This document shows positions 1 to 7,541 of a DNA stretch of 64,000 bases, piece after piece. The notes under the pieces were generated by a model that saw only the letters and a program-made list of their open reading frames with translations, was not told where the DNA came from and did no database searches. Origin of the DNA: a virus. The stretch lies in the IMG/VR virus record IMGVR_UViG_3300026078_000022, positions 1 through 64,000 of that record. One strand, written 5' to 3'. The first letter of the stretch is position 1. Each line of letters begins with the position of its first letter. The translations under genes were made by a program, and so were the position numbers.

Positions 1-79
1 AATAAATACAACAATGTTGCATATTTTATCTATATAATACTCTCTTTATGCAACTATGCTGCAAACTGCCTTGCACTGA

Positions 80-535
80 CTACAGTAAATTATCTGAACT
101 ATGTAGATCAGGAGTATTTAATAATACTTCTATGTAGCCTGTTTCTTGGTTAACCCATTTTTTTGTAACCCGGACATCGGCTATTTTATTATCTTCTGCC
201 AGCAAGCCATCGAAAAATCCTTTCGCGAGGTTGTCCCAATCGGGCCGTGAGTTATGCAGCATTAAATGCATGCTTTCTTTCTTATGTTTACGCCAAGAAG
301 TAGGAACAGGCATATAGAAAATTATGTGCATCCCTTGCTCTGCTGGGGTAAATCTTTGTTGTTTTGCTAATGCCAGAAGGGATACCTTGTACTTGTTGTA
401 ACGTTCTATCCTGATCAACCTTTTCAACCCGGCAGGGCGAAGTTTATCCCTGGGTATTCTAAAGAATATGGAATCACCCTGAGTAGTTCTGATTGCGCTA
501 ACCGGGGTGATATCTAATCTATACTTCTTTTGCAT
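80..535 (-). CDS. rusA: RusA-family Holliday junction resolvase
   Basis: Motif HNSRPDWDNLAKGFFDGL-EDNKI matches the RusA (K/R)PDxDNxxK...D...DD pattern; upstream FYMPVPTSW also typical. Confidence 0.85.
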   Translation of the reverse strand: MQKKYRLDITPVSAIRTTQGDSIFFRIPRDKLRPAGLKRLIRIERYNKYKVSLLALAKQQRFTPAEQGMHIIFYMPVPTSWRKHKKESMHLMLHNSRPDWDNLAKGFFDGLLAEDNKIADVRVTKKWVNQETGYIEVLLNTPDLHSSDNLL

Positions 536-704
536 TTTTACGTTTCCTTTTACGTTCTTTAATGGCGCTTTCTATAAAAATAGCGGCCATTTCCGAAGCT
601 GTTCTTCTTTCTTCGTTTGCAAATTCGCATAAATCCTCATATACAGAGCTAGGCAACTTCGGCCAAACGCGCTTATCCAAATCCTTTTGTTGTATTTCTT
701 GCAT
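519..704 (-). CDS. Ribbon-helix-helix (Arc/CopG-like) DNA-binding protein
   Basis: 61 aa; beta-strand KRVWPKLP then helices SVYEDLCEFANEERRTASEMAAIFIESAI. Confidence 0.6.
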   Translation of the reverse strand: MQEIQQKDLDKRVWPKLPSSVYEDLCEFANEERRTASEMAAIFIESAIKERKRKRKNAKEV

Positions 705-739
705 AAATTGCTACAATTGCAGCAACAAAAATACTGATT

Positions 740-1615
740 TTATGCCAGTCTTTCATATTCTTCGTGAAAATTATTTAGCCAATCGCGGCATATTTTTACT
801 TTGTCGTAAAGTCGTTGACGCTCGAATGCGGTAAAAGGATCTATTTTGATCTTTGATATTCGCTGGCGGGGTGGCATATGGTTGAATCTCATACTACGCT
901 CCCATTTAGGCCATTCTTCGATAAATTCAGGGGATTCAGTAGTAGCGCATCCTATCTTCCGAGCTACCGTCCATTGCATTTCTATGATATCTTCTTCCGG
1001 GCAGTTGACAAGCGAATTAACGATGTATCCTACCGGGGCCGTGGTAATATCGCAATATCCCTGAACCTGCTCTTTTTGGCCCCCTGATAGCCCTGTATGT
1101 ATCTTTTTCAGGAATGTTGGGTAATCGGTGGCGTTCTTCATATCCGAAATGTTGGTAGCGGCATAAACGTGTTCTCCTAAGTAGGTGTCTATTTCGCCGG
1201 AAATGTATTCGTTGTAGATTCTGTCCTTGTGTATCTTGTATTCTGCGCCGTCTACAAGGCTAAGTAGTTCTATGCTTTCCTTTTCTACTTTTTTGCCCTT
1301 CCTCATGCCCAATAAATCCAAAGATTCTTTGCCCACCGGTATCATTCCTCTTGTGATCCATGCATATTCCACCATTAAGTACTCTATGCAAGTGTCAGAC
1401 AGGATTATTTTCTTTCCATTTTCCTGTTTTACCTTCAATTCGGCAAGTTCTTCCTGTTGTTTTGGTGTTAAACTGCCTTTTTTTTGCAATTTATCCTCCA
1501 ATTCTACCATTCTTACTGCTTGAAGCTCGGTTAATACCGGATTCGATTGGCTATTTGATAGAACTTTTTGAATTGCGCTACATCTGACCTTAAAATTACC
1601 CCAATTTACTTCCAT
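740..1615 (-). CDS. YqaJ/lambda-exonuclease-like PD-(D/E)XK nuclease
   Basis: N-terminal RCSA, then GKKVE, SGEID, SDMKN (D-x-K) and QVQGY motifs in the order of this family. Confidence 0.7.
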   Translation of the reverse strand: MEVNWGNFKVRCSAIQKVLSNSQSNPVLTELQAVRMVELEDKLQKKGSLTPKQQEELAELKVKQENGKKIILSDTCIEYLMVEYAWITRGMIPVGKESLDLLGMRKGKKVEKESIELLSLVDGAEYKIHKDRIYNEYISGEIDTYLGEHVYAATNISDMKNATDYPTFLKKIHTGLSGGQKEQVQGYCDITTAPVGYIVNSLVNCPEEDIIEMQWTVARKIGCATTESPEFIEEWPKWERSMRFNHMPPRQRISKIKIDPFTAFERQRLYDKVKICRDWLNNFHEEYERLA

Positions 1616-1874
1616 CTTTACCTTTTTTAAACTTATCTATTTTATTATCAAGTATTTGACTAATTTCTGCCATTGGATTTTTCATAGAATTATACGCGGT
1701 ATCTAACCCGGCGATAAAACCCAAGCTCAATAGCAATGAAACATCTGCTATTATGATGTCTATTGAGGTATATTCCCCATCCAATTGACCGACAAATAGA
1801 TCTATGCCTAATTCCCTTGCAGACTTTTTGAAAGCAGGGATATTCCTTGATGGAATTTTGCAGTTTATAGTCAT
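1596..1874 (-). CDS. hypothetical protein
   Basis: 92 aa ORF overlapping next gene in operon. Confidence 0.6.
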   Translation of the reverse strand: MTINCKIPSRNIPAFKKSARELGIDLFVGQLDGEYTSIDIIIADVSLLLSLGFIAGLDTAYNSMKNPMAEISQILDNKIDKFKKGKDGSKLG

Positions 1875-1920
1875 GTGTTTAGTACTTATATAGGGGGGTA
1901 TTTATTTGGATTTCAATGAG

Positions 1921-2592
1921 TTAATCATAGTAGTATTCTGTCTCACATTCATCAATAATTATGGTTACTTGTTGAGCGTATAAGCGAAAGAAAAATTTAT
2001 CGAATGATCCATGCAATGATTCGGTTCTTAAGTCACCTCTATGATGACAGTACTGTCCAGCACCGAAGCTATAAGGCTTACCAGTTTTACTATCTATCGA
2101 CATTTCATATTCGCATTCATACCTTTTCTTTCCATCCTCCTTATCAAAGGAAATATGAGTTGACCCGTAATCGCTTCTTTCTACATGCAGTGTAATTTCA
2201 CCGCCATCACTTTTATCTTCTATTTCCTCCTGCTTGAACTTTTCTATTATTTCCGACAACTTCCATTCTTTCTTTTCCAATGGCCCTAAATACTCAGTAA
2301 TAGCCGCTGATATTGGGTCTTTTACTGAGGATAGAAGATGTTTGTCAAGCTGATCCTTAACAATAGACACTACAATGTGATTATAATCTACCGCCGATAT
2401 TTTCTCAAAATCTATCTTGAAAGCCTTATTTATTTCCTCCTTCAGCCCTTTACCAAAATCAGAATAGATTCTTACCATGTCCTGAATTACATCTTCCAAT
2501 GTTTTCTCAACTTTAGTCTTTACTATTTCGGCCAGCTTCCCTTCGGTTATTATCTTATTTAGTTGTTCTTGAACTAATATTTGAATATCCAT
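1921..2592 (-). CDS. hypothetical phage protein
   Basis: 223 aa ORF, A-rich start context. Confidence 0.75.
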   Translation of the reverse strand: MDIQILVQEQLNKIITEGKLAEIVKTKVEKTLEDVIQDMVRIYSDFGKGLKEEINKAFKIDFEKISAVDYNHIVVSIVKDQLDKHLLSSVKDPISAAITEYLGPLEKKEWKLSEIIEKFKQEEIEDKSDGGEITLHVERSDYGSTHISFDKEDGKKRYECEYEMSIDSKTGKPYSFGAGQYCHHRGDLRTESLHGSFDKFFFRLYAQQVTIIIDECETEYYYD

Positions 2593-2660
2593 TATTTTTT
2601 AGTTTAAGTGTTTGCTTTCTGTTACTTGTTCTTTAGTTTCTTCTGTCATGTTGATTTAGT

Positions 2661-2894
2661 TTATTGAATATTAGGTATATATGCGATATCTATGTATACT
2701 ACTTTCAAATTTTCTTGGTTCTTCCACGAATGTTTCAATACCCATTCGGCTATTCGTACGTCTTTATTACATTGAGGGGAATCACCAAAGAATAACGCTT
2801 TTTGTTCCTGCCCGTCTTCACATATCCAATAGCTGCCTCTCCTAACTATCGAGCCGGACTTAGGCTCTGTAACATCTTTAGTATTGTATTTCAT
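2661..2894 (-). CDS. hypothetical protein
   Basis: 77 aa ORF in tightly packed minus-strand run. Confidence 0.6.
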   Translation of the reverse strand: MKYNTKDVTEPKSGSIVRRGSYWICEDGQEQKALFFGDSPQCNKDVRIAEWVLKHSWKNQENLKVVYIDIAYIPNIQ

Positions 2895-2897
2895 ATA

Positions 2898-3131
2898 TCA
2901 TTCTTTTGAATACCCGTTTTTGGTAGCCCATGCATGTAGTTGATCGGTTGAGAATATTTCTTCAGGATCGAATCCTTCGCCGGTAACCCATTCAAGTATA
3001 TCATCCTTGTGGATGCCGGATATGAGTTCGTCTACTTTAGGGTCTTCAGCTATTACGGTCACGAAACCATAACGATTTGACTTTATCCTTGCTTCATCGC
3101 ATCTTATTTCTATCTCTTTTGTTTTGGGCAT
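2898..3131 (-). CDS. hypothetical protein
   Basis: 77 aa ORF, packed operon. Confidence 0.6.
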   Translation of the reverse strand: MPKTKEIEIRCDEARIKSNRYGFVTVIAEDPKVDELISGIHKDDILEWVTGEGFDPEEIFSTDQLHAWATKNGYSKE

Positions 3132-3142
3132 AATATTTTAGT

Positions 3143-3634
3143 TTATTTGAGTTTATTAAGGTCTTTTACCGTTTTGCGTTTTAATATAACGCCTTGTTTT
3201 TTCAACCATTTTTCATCAAGTAGGGTTTGATCTCTAACGGTATCTTTATGTTCTTGGGTTAATATCTCTACTGTATTTTCTGGTTTTATCTCTATTAAAA
3301 CTCCCCAACCACGGCCCATTTCTCTATCCTGTATAAATACAAGATGGCGCTTACAATCTGTTTTATCTTTTGCAAAAGGATATAAATCTTTTACTTCAAA
3401 AGAGCCACTGTCTGCATTATCTCCTATATTATCAACAGTTGGCACCTCTCTCAGTTGTAAATGAATATTTGCCGACTTAAGCATTTCTACAGCCCATTGC
3501 AATTGCTTTTTATGATACGGGTGTATAAAATTGCCGAACCCACTGAAAGTAAATTCGTTACGATCTCTTGTCCCATCCGGGCGTTCAAATACTTCAGTAT
3601 CGTCTCCCTCATTGTAGATTGTGAATTTGTTCAT
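3143..3634 (-). CDS. hypothetical protein
   Basis: 163 aa ORF, packed operon. Confidence 0.7.
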   Translation of the reverse strand: MNKFTIYNEGDDTEVFERPDGTRDRNEFTFSGFGNFIHPYHKKQLQWAVEMLKSANIHLQLREVPTVDNIGDNADSGSFEVKDLYPFAKDKTDCKRHLVFIQDREMGRGWGVLIEIKPENTVEILTQEHKDTVRDQTLLDEKWLKKQGVILKRKTVKDLNKLK

Positions 3635-3637
3635 GTT

Positions 3638-4081
3638 TTAGTTTATTGAGTTTAATGCTTCTACAGCATCGGTTACGAGTTTATGTTTATGTCTGAAGGC
3701 TGCTTTTTTAAGTTTGTCGTATAATTGGATAGCCGAATCATATTGATTAATGAACGGCGATTTATCTGGGTCATCTGTATAATAGGATATAAACGCTTCT
3801 ATGTTTTTGGGATTAACGGCTTCTATACTCCACCATCCATTGTCTGATTGGTGAATTATACCGATGTCGTTTAGGAATGAAGCATATTTACCATCTAAAT
3901 CACACTTGACACCTATCTTATAACTCAAATACAAGCCTATGTCGTTATGTACATCTAGGCATTTATCGAAATAAAACCGGTTTTGTGGGTCTAAATCCCA
4001 TTGTGAATGATTATCCGGGTTGACTCTTATTTTAGATATATCATCTACTATGTGTTCTTTTTTTTCTTGTGCCATACTCAT
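3638..4081 (-). CDS. hypothetical protein
   Basis: 147 aa ORF, packed operon. Confidence 0.7.
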   Translation of the reverse strand: MSMAQEKKEHIVDDISKIRVNPDNHSQWDLDPQNRFYFDKCLDVHNDIGLYLSYKIGVKCDLDGKYASFLNDIGIIHQSDNGWWSIEAVNPKNIEAFISYYTDDPDKSPFINQYDSAIQLYDKLKKAAFRHKHKLVTDAVEALNSIN

Positions 4082-4082
4082 T

Positions 4083-4454
4083 TTAGTTCGATTGTGAATT
4101 ATTTTCAGCTAAAGGTTTCGATGTTAAATGCCAGAAGCCACATATTTCGCATTGGTAGGATCGGTTTGGTTTCTTATGATCTCGCTTATCTTGTTTTATT
4201 AGTTTCAATGCTTTTTTGGCGGCTTCTTCATCTACGTATGAGTTCTTTTCGCAAGGAAGTGGTTCGTATTTAAATTTTAGGGGGAGGTTTGGCAATAAAG
4301 CCCAATAGGATGCTTCTATGTAAATCTTTAGTTCGGGCCACTTAGTTATTAAGTCCTCATGTCGGTATAGTTCTACAAGATATTCTTTGGGTAGTTCTTT
4401 TAGCGGTTTATTCCTGTGCTTACCGAAGGGTATTATATAATCTCCGTAGTCCAT
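4083..4454 (-). CDS. DUF3820-like (PFGKH) domain protein with C-terminal Zn-binding motif
   Basis: IPFGKHRNKPLKELPKEYL at N-terminus; YQCEICGFWHLTS at C-terminus. Confidence 0.6.
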   Translation of the reverse strand: MDYGDYIIPFGKHRNKPLKELPKEYLVELYRHEDLITKWPELKIYIEASYWALLPNLPLKFKYEPLPCEKNSYVDEEAAKKALKLIKQDKRDHKKPNRSYQCEICGFWHLTSKPLAENNSQSN

Positions 4455-4455
4455 A

Positions 4456-4809
4456 TCAGTCTACAATGAGTTGTAAATTATTGACTGCTTCTTTTGGTGT
4501 GTTGCCAAAAGCGGCGACGCTTTCTTGTAAGTTGATAAAATCATTATAATGCGCACACCAACAATCACCATCTTTTTTGACAAGAATGTTTGTATTCCAC
4601 CAGTCAGGACGCGGGCCAACATTAGGTTCCGGATTACTTGCGTTATTACTACAATACATTGCCATACAACGCCAGCCGCCTCCATAATCCCAGCAAACAG
4701 TTCCGCAATTTGGACATGGGCCTAAGTATTTATGCCATTCATCGTGTCCGGGTAATCTTTCTCCGTACTACCATCCTTTATCATTAAAGGGATTATATTT
4801 TATAGCCAT
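4456..4809 (-). pseudogene. Cys-rich (Zn-ribbon) protein interrupted by one in-frame TAG
   Basis: ATG 4809 reads MAIKYNPFNDKGW*YGERLPGHDEWHKYLGPCPNCGTVCWDYGGGWRC then in frame into ORF 4456..4665; TAG at 4770-4768. Confidence 0.6.
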
Positions 4810-4817
4810 GTTACTGT

Positions 4818-5063
4818 TTATTTTTGAGTTTTTAAAATAGTTAATACTTCTTCCCAATATTCGGTGGTTGTAATTTCATCTACCCAAATTTTACCTTCTT
4901 TTTTATAGGTTGACTGCTTCCATGTACATGGTATTATTTGCTCTACACATATAATGGCGCATTGTTTTGCGAATGGGTTTTTGCCGGGACGCATATCATT
5001 TTGAATGTTTAGAGCTTCTTTGTATTTCAGATATAACTCTTCTGATTTTTCAACGGGGGTCAT
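4818..5063 (-). CDS. hypothetical phage protein
   Basis: 81 aa, AKQCAIICVEQII...YWEEV pattern familiar from Bacteroidota phages. Confidence 0.65.
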   Translation of the reverse strand: MTPVEKSEELYLKYKEALNIQNDMRPGKNPFAKQCAIICVEQIIPCTWKQSTYKKEGKIWVDEITTTEYWEEVLTILKTQK

Positions 5064-5066
5064 TGG

Positions 5067-5357
5067 TTATTCGTTTTTGTATTCTTCCAAATGATTCATA
5101 AGTAATTTTTCGAACTCAGCTAATGGCATATTGACTATAAAACTATCCCCACTTTTCATGAAAACGTCTGTCCATATTTTATTATCCTCTCTGAAGTCGC
5201 TTACAGGGATACCCTCATGATAGCTTTCTATACACGTTATCATCACTTTTCTAATTACTTCTATCAAATCGCACTCATCAGGCCGTTTATTAAAGAGTTC
5301 TTGATTTTTAGGATCATACGCGATAGTAGGAAGTTCTACAAAACCATACTTCTTCAT
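5067..5357 (-). CDS. hypothetical protein
   Basis: 96 aa ORF. Confidence 0.6.
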   Translation of the reverse strand: MKKYGFVELPTIAYDPKNQELFNKRPDECDLIEVIRKVMITCIESYHEGIPVSDFREDNKIWTDVFMKSGDSFIVNMPLAEFEKLLMNHLEEYKNE

Positions 5358-5388
5358 GCTAGTGTGTTAGGTTTTTTGTGACATTCAA

Positions 5389-5601
5389 TTATAGCTCTTT
5401 TACTATCCTATGTTCGATAAGGTAATTCTTATAAGAACTAAGAAATAAATCTAGCGCGATACGACAATTCCCATACTGACTGATAAACACATAAGCGCCG
5501 TGTTCATTTGGTTCTATTCCTTCTTCTTTTAGGAAAGCTAATTCGTGTTTAGTAAGTTCTGTAAAAGCGGCATCCATCTTTTGTTTTTCTTCAGTGGTCA
5601 T
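5389..5601 (-). CDS. hypothetical protein
   Basis: 70 aa ORF, ATGA-coupled to upstream gene. Confidence 0.6.
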   Translation of the reverse strand: MTTEEKQKMDAAFTELTKHELAFLKEEGIEPNEHGAYVFISQYGNCRIALDLFLSSYKNYLIEHRIVKEL

Positions 5602-6002
5602 ATAGGTTTAGGGTATTTTTTAAGTCGTTTCTCAATTATATCAAAGGCTGATTTAGTTTCTTTACTTGTGGTTTCTGCTAATGTACGATACGAATACAAT
5701 CCATGCTCCCCATCAAGTACAACGCACGCATATATATCCTTTATTAGTTGGGCTACTCTTATATCTTCGGGTGTTCTATCTACATTTATTACGGGTGGTG
5801 GGCCGGGAGGCTGGGGGTTGGCTTCCATAAATGGTAGGTTCTTTGATTTATACCATTGTTGTACTAATTCCTGAGATTTATCAAGCGCATCCAATGGGCT
5901 TTCGCCATTTGAAGTATCAAGTGCCATTTCTACACTTATCCATTGGGCAACTACTACTCCATTTTCATAATGGGCCGTATACTTAGTTCTGTCTATTTTC
6001 AT
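5598..6002 (-). CDS. hypothetical protein
   Basis: 134 aa ORF, ATGA-coupled, Pro-rich linker. Confidence 0.7.
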   Translation of the reverse strand: MKIDRTKYTAHYENGVVVAQWISVEMALDTSNGESPLDALDKSQELVQQWYKSKNLPFMEANPQPPGPPPVINVDRTPEDIRVAQLIKDIYACVVLDGEHGLYSYRTLAETTSKETKSAFDIIEKRLKKYPKPI

Positions 6003-6268
6003 TTTCCGTTGTTTAATGTTTCAGAATCCCAATTCTTGTCTAAATAGAATAAAGAGCTTTGTTCGCCTTGTTTTGTATAATGACTGCCCATGCTATTGAT
6101 AGTTAAAAATTGCTGATCATTCCAACTTCCGTCGCCTTGTAATAACATCAATCTCTTAACCCCAATAAACGGATGAAACTTATCATTCCCTATTCCTAAA
6201 TCTGCCAATATTACATCATCTGGCAAGTCTTTAATTATCTGCTTTAATATTCCAACTGTTAATTCCAT
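5999..6268 (-). CDS. hypothetical phage protein
   Basis: 89 aa, LTVGILKQIIKDLPDD N-terminus. Confidence 0.65.
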   Translation of the reverse strand: MELTVGILKQIIKDLPDDVILADLGIGNDKFHPFIGVKRLMLLQGDGSWNDQQFLTINSMGSHYTKQGEQSSLFYLDKNWDSETLNNGK

Positions 6269-6273
6269 AAATT

Positions 6274-6405
6274 AAAAAGCCTGAAACAAAGTATCAGGGG
6301 TGAACCGCTTCAAACCTATATGTTTAATTCTCATTTGAAGCGCCCGGATTTCATTTCAGGCATTAAAGTTTAAAAATAAAAGCCAATTGCAGGTTCACTA
6401 TGCAA
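6274..6405 (-). promoter_or_regulatory. structured 5' leader (hairpin loop complementary to downstream terminator-like stem-loop)
   Basis: TTGCA-TAGTGAACC-TGCAA hairpin; GGTTCAC inside GCCTGAAA..TTTCAGGC stem followed by T5 and ATG. Confidence 0.55.
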
Positions 6406-6431
6406 GGCTGATCTACTATGCTTATGTTATT

Positions 6432-6647
6432 CTAAAAAGCAAATCCTTTTGTTTTCTTTTCAATATCATCGGCTAATGCATTTTTACCTAATTCACGTAA
6501 GCGCTTAACACCTGCAACTATGCCATCTTTTATTTGCTTATCGCTTTCGGCCTTATCTATCTTTTTTACTAATGCCTTTGATTCCTTATCATTTTTAAGT
6601 TCATCATATATCAACATTAGTGCTGACCCGATGTTATCGAAATTCAT
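6432..6647 (-). CDS. hypothetical protein
   Basis: 71 aa basic helical ORF. Confidence 0.6.
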   Translation of the reverse strand: MNFDNIGSALMLIYDELKNDKESKALVKKIDKAESDKQIKDGIVAGVKRLRELGKNALADDIEKKTKGFAF

Positions 6648-6692
6648 TTTGTTTATTGTTTTATTAGTGATTAAAGAAAATGATTTTGAAAG

Positions 6693-6740
6693 TTAAAAAG
6701 AGGGAGAAATAAATAGACATAAATCACTCCCTTCTTTTAA
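6693..6740 (-). terminator. intrinsic terminator closing the ncRNA array
   Basis: GAAGGGAG..CTCCCTC stem followed by TTTTT on minus strand. Confidence 0.55.
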
Positions 6741-6765
6741 ACCAGTAGAATAAAACATGAGAACA

Positions 6766-6865
6766 ATTACTAAGGGGAGAGGCGATTAATCTGCATTACC
6801 ACCTAAGACTCATGCAGCTACAGAGTCCCAATTACTTGACGTTATGTTGCTCCCCCCGTAGTAAT
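6766..6865 (-). ncRNA. putative structured RNA A (closing stem + H-type pseudoknot)
   Basis: ATTACTA/GGGGAG pairing with CTCCCC/TAGTAAT; TTGGGACTC/GAGTCTTAG stem whose loop CTGCAT pairs with downstream ATGCAG. Confidence 0.55.
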
Positions 6866-6875
6866 AAATAAAGTA

Positions 6876-7045
6876 TGTTGATGAATGGCAGGGATTTCCA
6901 TGCGTCACCCTGCAAGCCTTTTTCATCTTTCCGGCATTTAGGCATGAGCTACCGGAAACGCTTTTCAACGTATTTGACCGCTCATCGTGTTTACTATTGA
7001 GTTACTTTACATAACATCCTGTCTATTCCACCACATTCATCAACA
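6876..7045 (-). ncRNA. putative tRNA/tmRNA-TLD-like structured RNA B
   Basis: Perfect 12-bp closing stem; TGGTGGAATAGAC D-loop-like segment; GCAGGG..CCCTGC arm stacked on closing stem; GAAA tetraloop. Confidence 0.6.
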
Positions 7046-7074
7046 ATATCATCTATATAAATAAAGAACTTGTT

Positions 7075-7203
7075 TGTACAGCGACCGCAGATGGCGTGCT
7101 TAAAGTAACTTAACACATCTCTTTACACTAGATTACTTCCTTCTGTGTCTACTGCTTTTGTAGGCCAGCTTGTCAGGTTAGTCCCTGCTGCTCATGCCTT
7201 ACA
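7075..7203 (-). ncRNA. putative multibranch structured RNA C with kissing loops
   Basis: Four hairpins; loops AAGTAA and TTACTT complementary. Confidence 0.5.
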
Positions 7204-7222
7204 TATTTAAAAGAACTTAGTT

Positions 7223-7331
7223 TGCCACCCGCAAGGGGTTCGAACCCTATACCTTCCGTTACAATAATAGTGATCAGTTATCTTTCACGGTTATCCCTAT
7301 GATTATTGGCTTACGCCTCACAATGCAGGTG
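7223..7331 (-). ncRNA. tRNA-like RNA D (acceptor stem + canonical T arm, non-canonical D/anticodon arms)
   Basis: CACCTGC/GCGGGTG 7-bp acceptor; AGGG-TTCGAAC-CCCT T arm; 109 nt; no assignable anticodon. Confidence 0.65.
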
Positions 7332-7340
7332 AAATATATG

Positions 7341-7467
7341 AATGAACAGAAAAGAGAATCGCCGGTCGTAATTTCGTAGGCCAGTTACCAAATTACATCC
7401 TACTCGCGTCCCAATAACAGGCTGGCTACCCGCATCATATGATCACTCATAAATGTTTCTGTTCATT
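7341..7467 (-). ncRNA. putative structured RNA E (closing stem, GNRA hairpin, pseudoknot)
   Basis: Perfect 12-bp AATGAACAGAAA/TTTCTGTTCATT; TATGA-GTGA-TCATA; GTAGG/CCTAC crossed with GTAATTT/AAATTAC. Confidence 0.55.
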
Positions 7468-7541
7468 TAGCATCTTCCTTTCGGTCTGTGGCATGAATTT
7501 CTTCACCGCTCACCTTGTCGGGGAAATGCGCTCCCGAGCTA
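7468..7541 (-). ncRNA. putative cloverleaf RNA F with two GAAA tetraloops
   Basis: TAGC/GCTA closing; TCGGG/CCCGA; TGAA-GAAA-TTCA; CC-GAAA-GG. Confidence 0.45.

Noticed and set aside
6876-7045. tmRNA (ssrA)
   Set aside because: Only 170 nt; no Ala acceptor identity, no TTCGA T loop, no convincing tag ORF
7229-7235. RNA D 3' end (CTTGCGG) complementary to leader #3 loop CCGCAAG
   Set aside because: A 7-nt match is plausible by chance and the segment is paired within the tRNA-like stems
7223-7331. Canonical tRNA gene call
   Set aside because: T arm and acceptor present, but no standard D arm or 7-nt anticodon loop, so no amino acid can be assigned
6766-7541. Known self-cleaving ribozymes (hammerhead, HDV/theta, twister, pistol) in the array
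   Set aside because: I could not match their conserved cores by eye; a descriptor search is still needed, so this is unsupported rather than excluded
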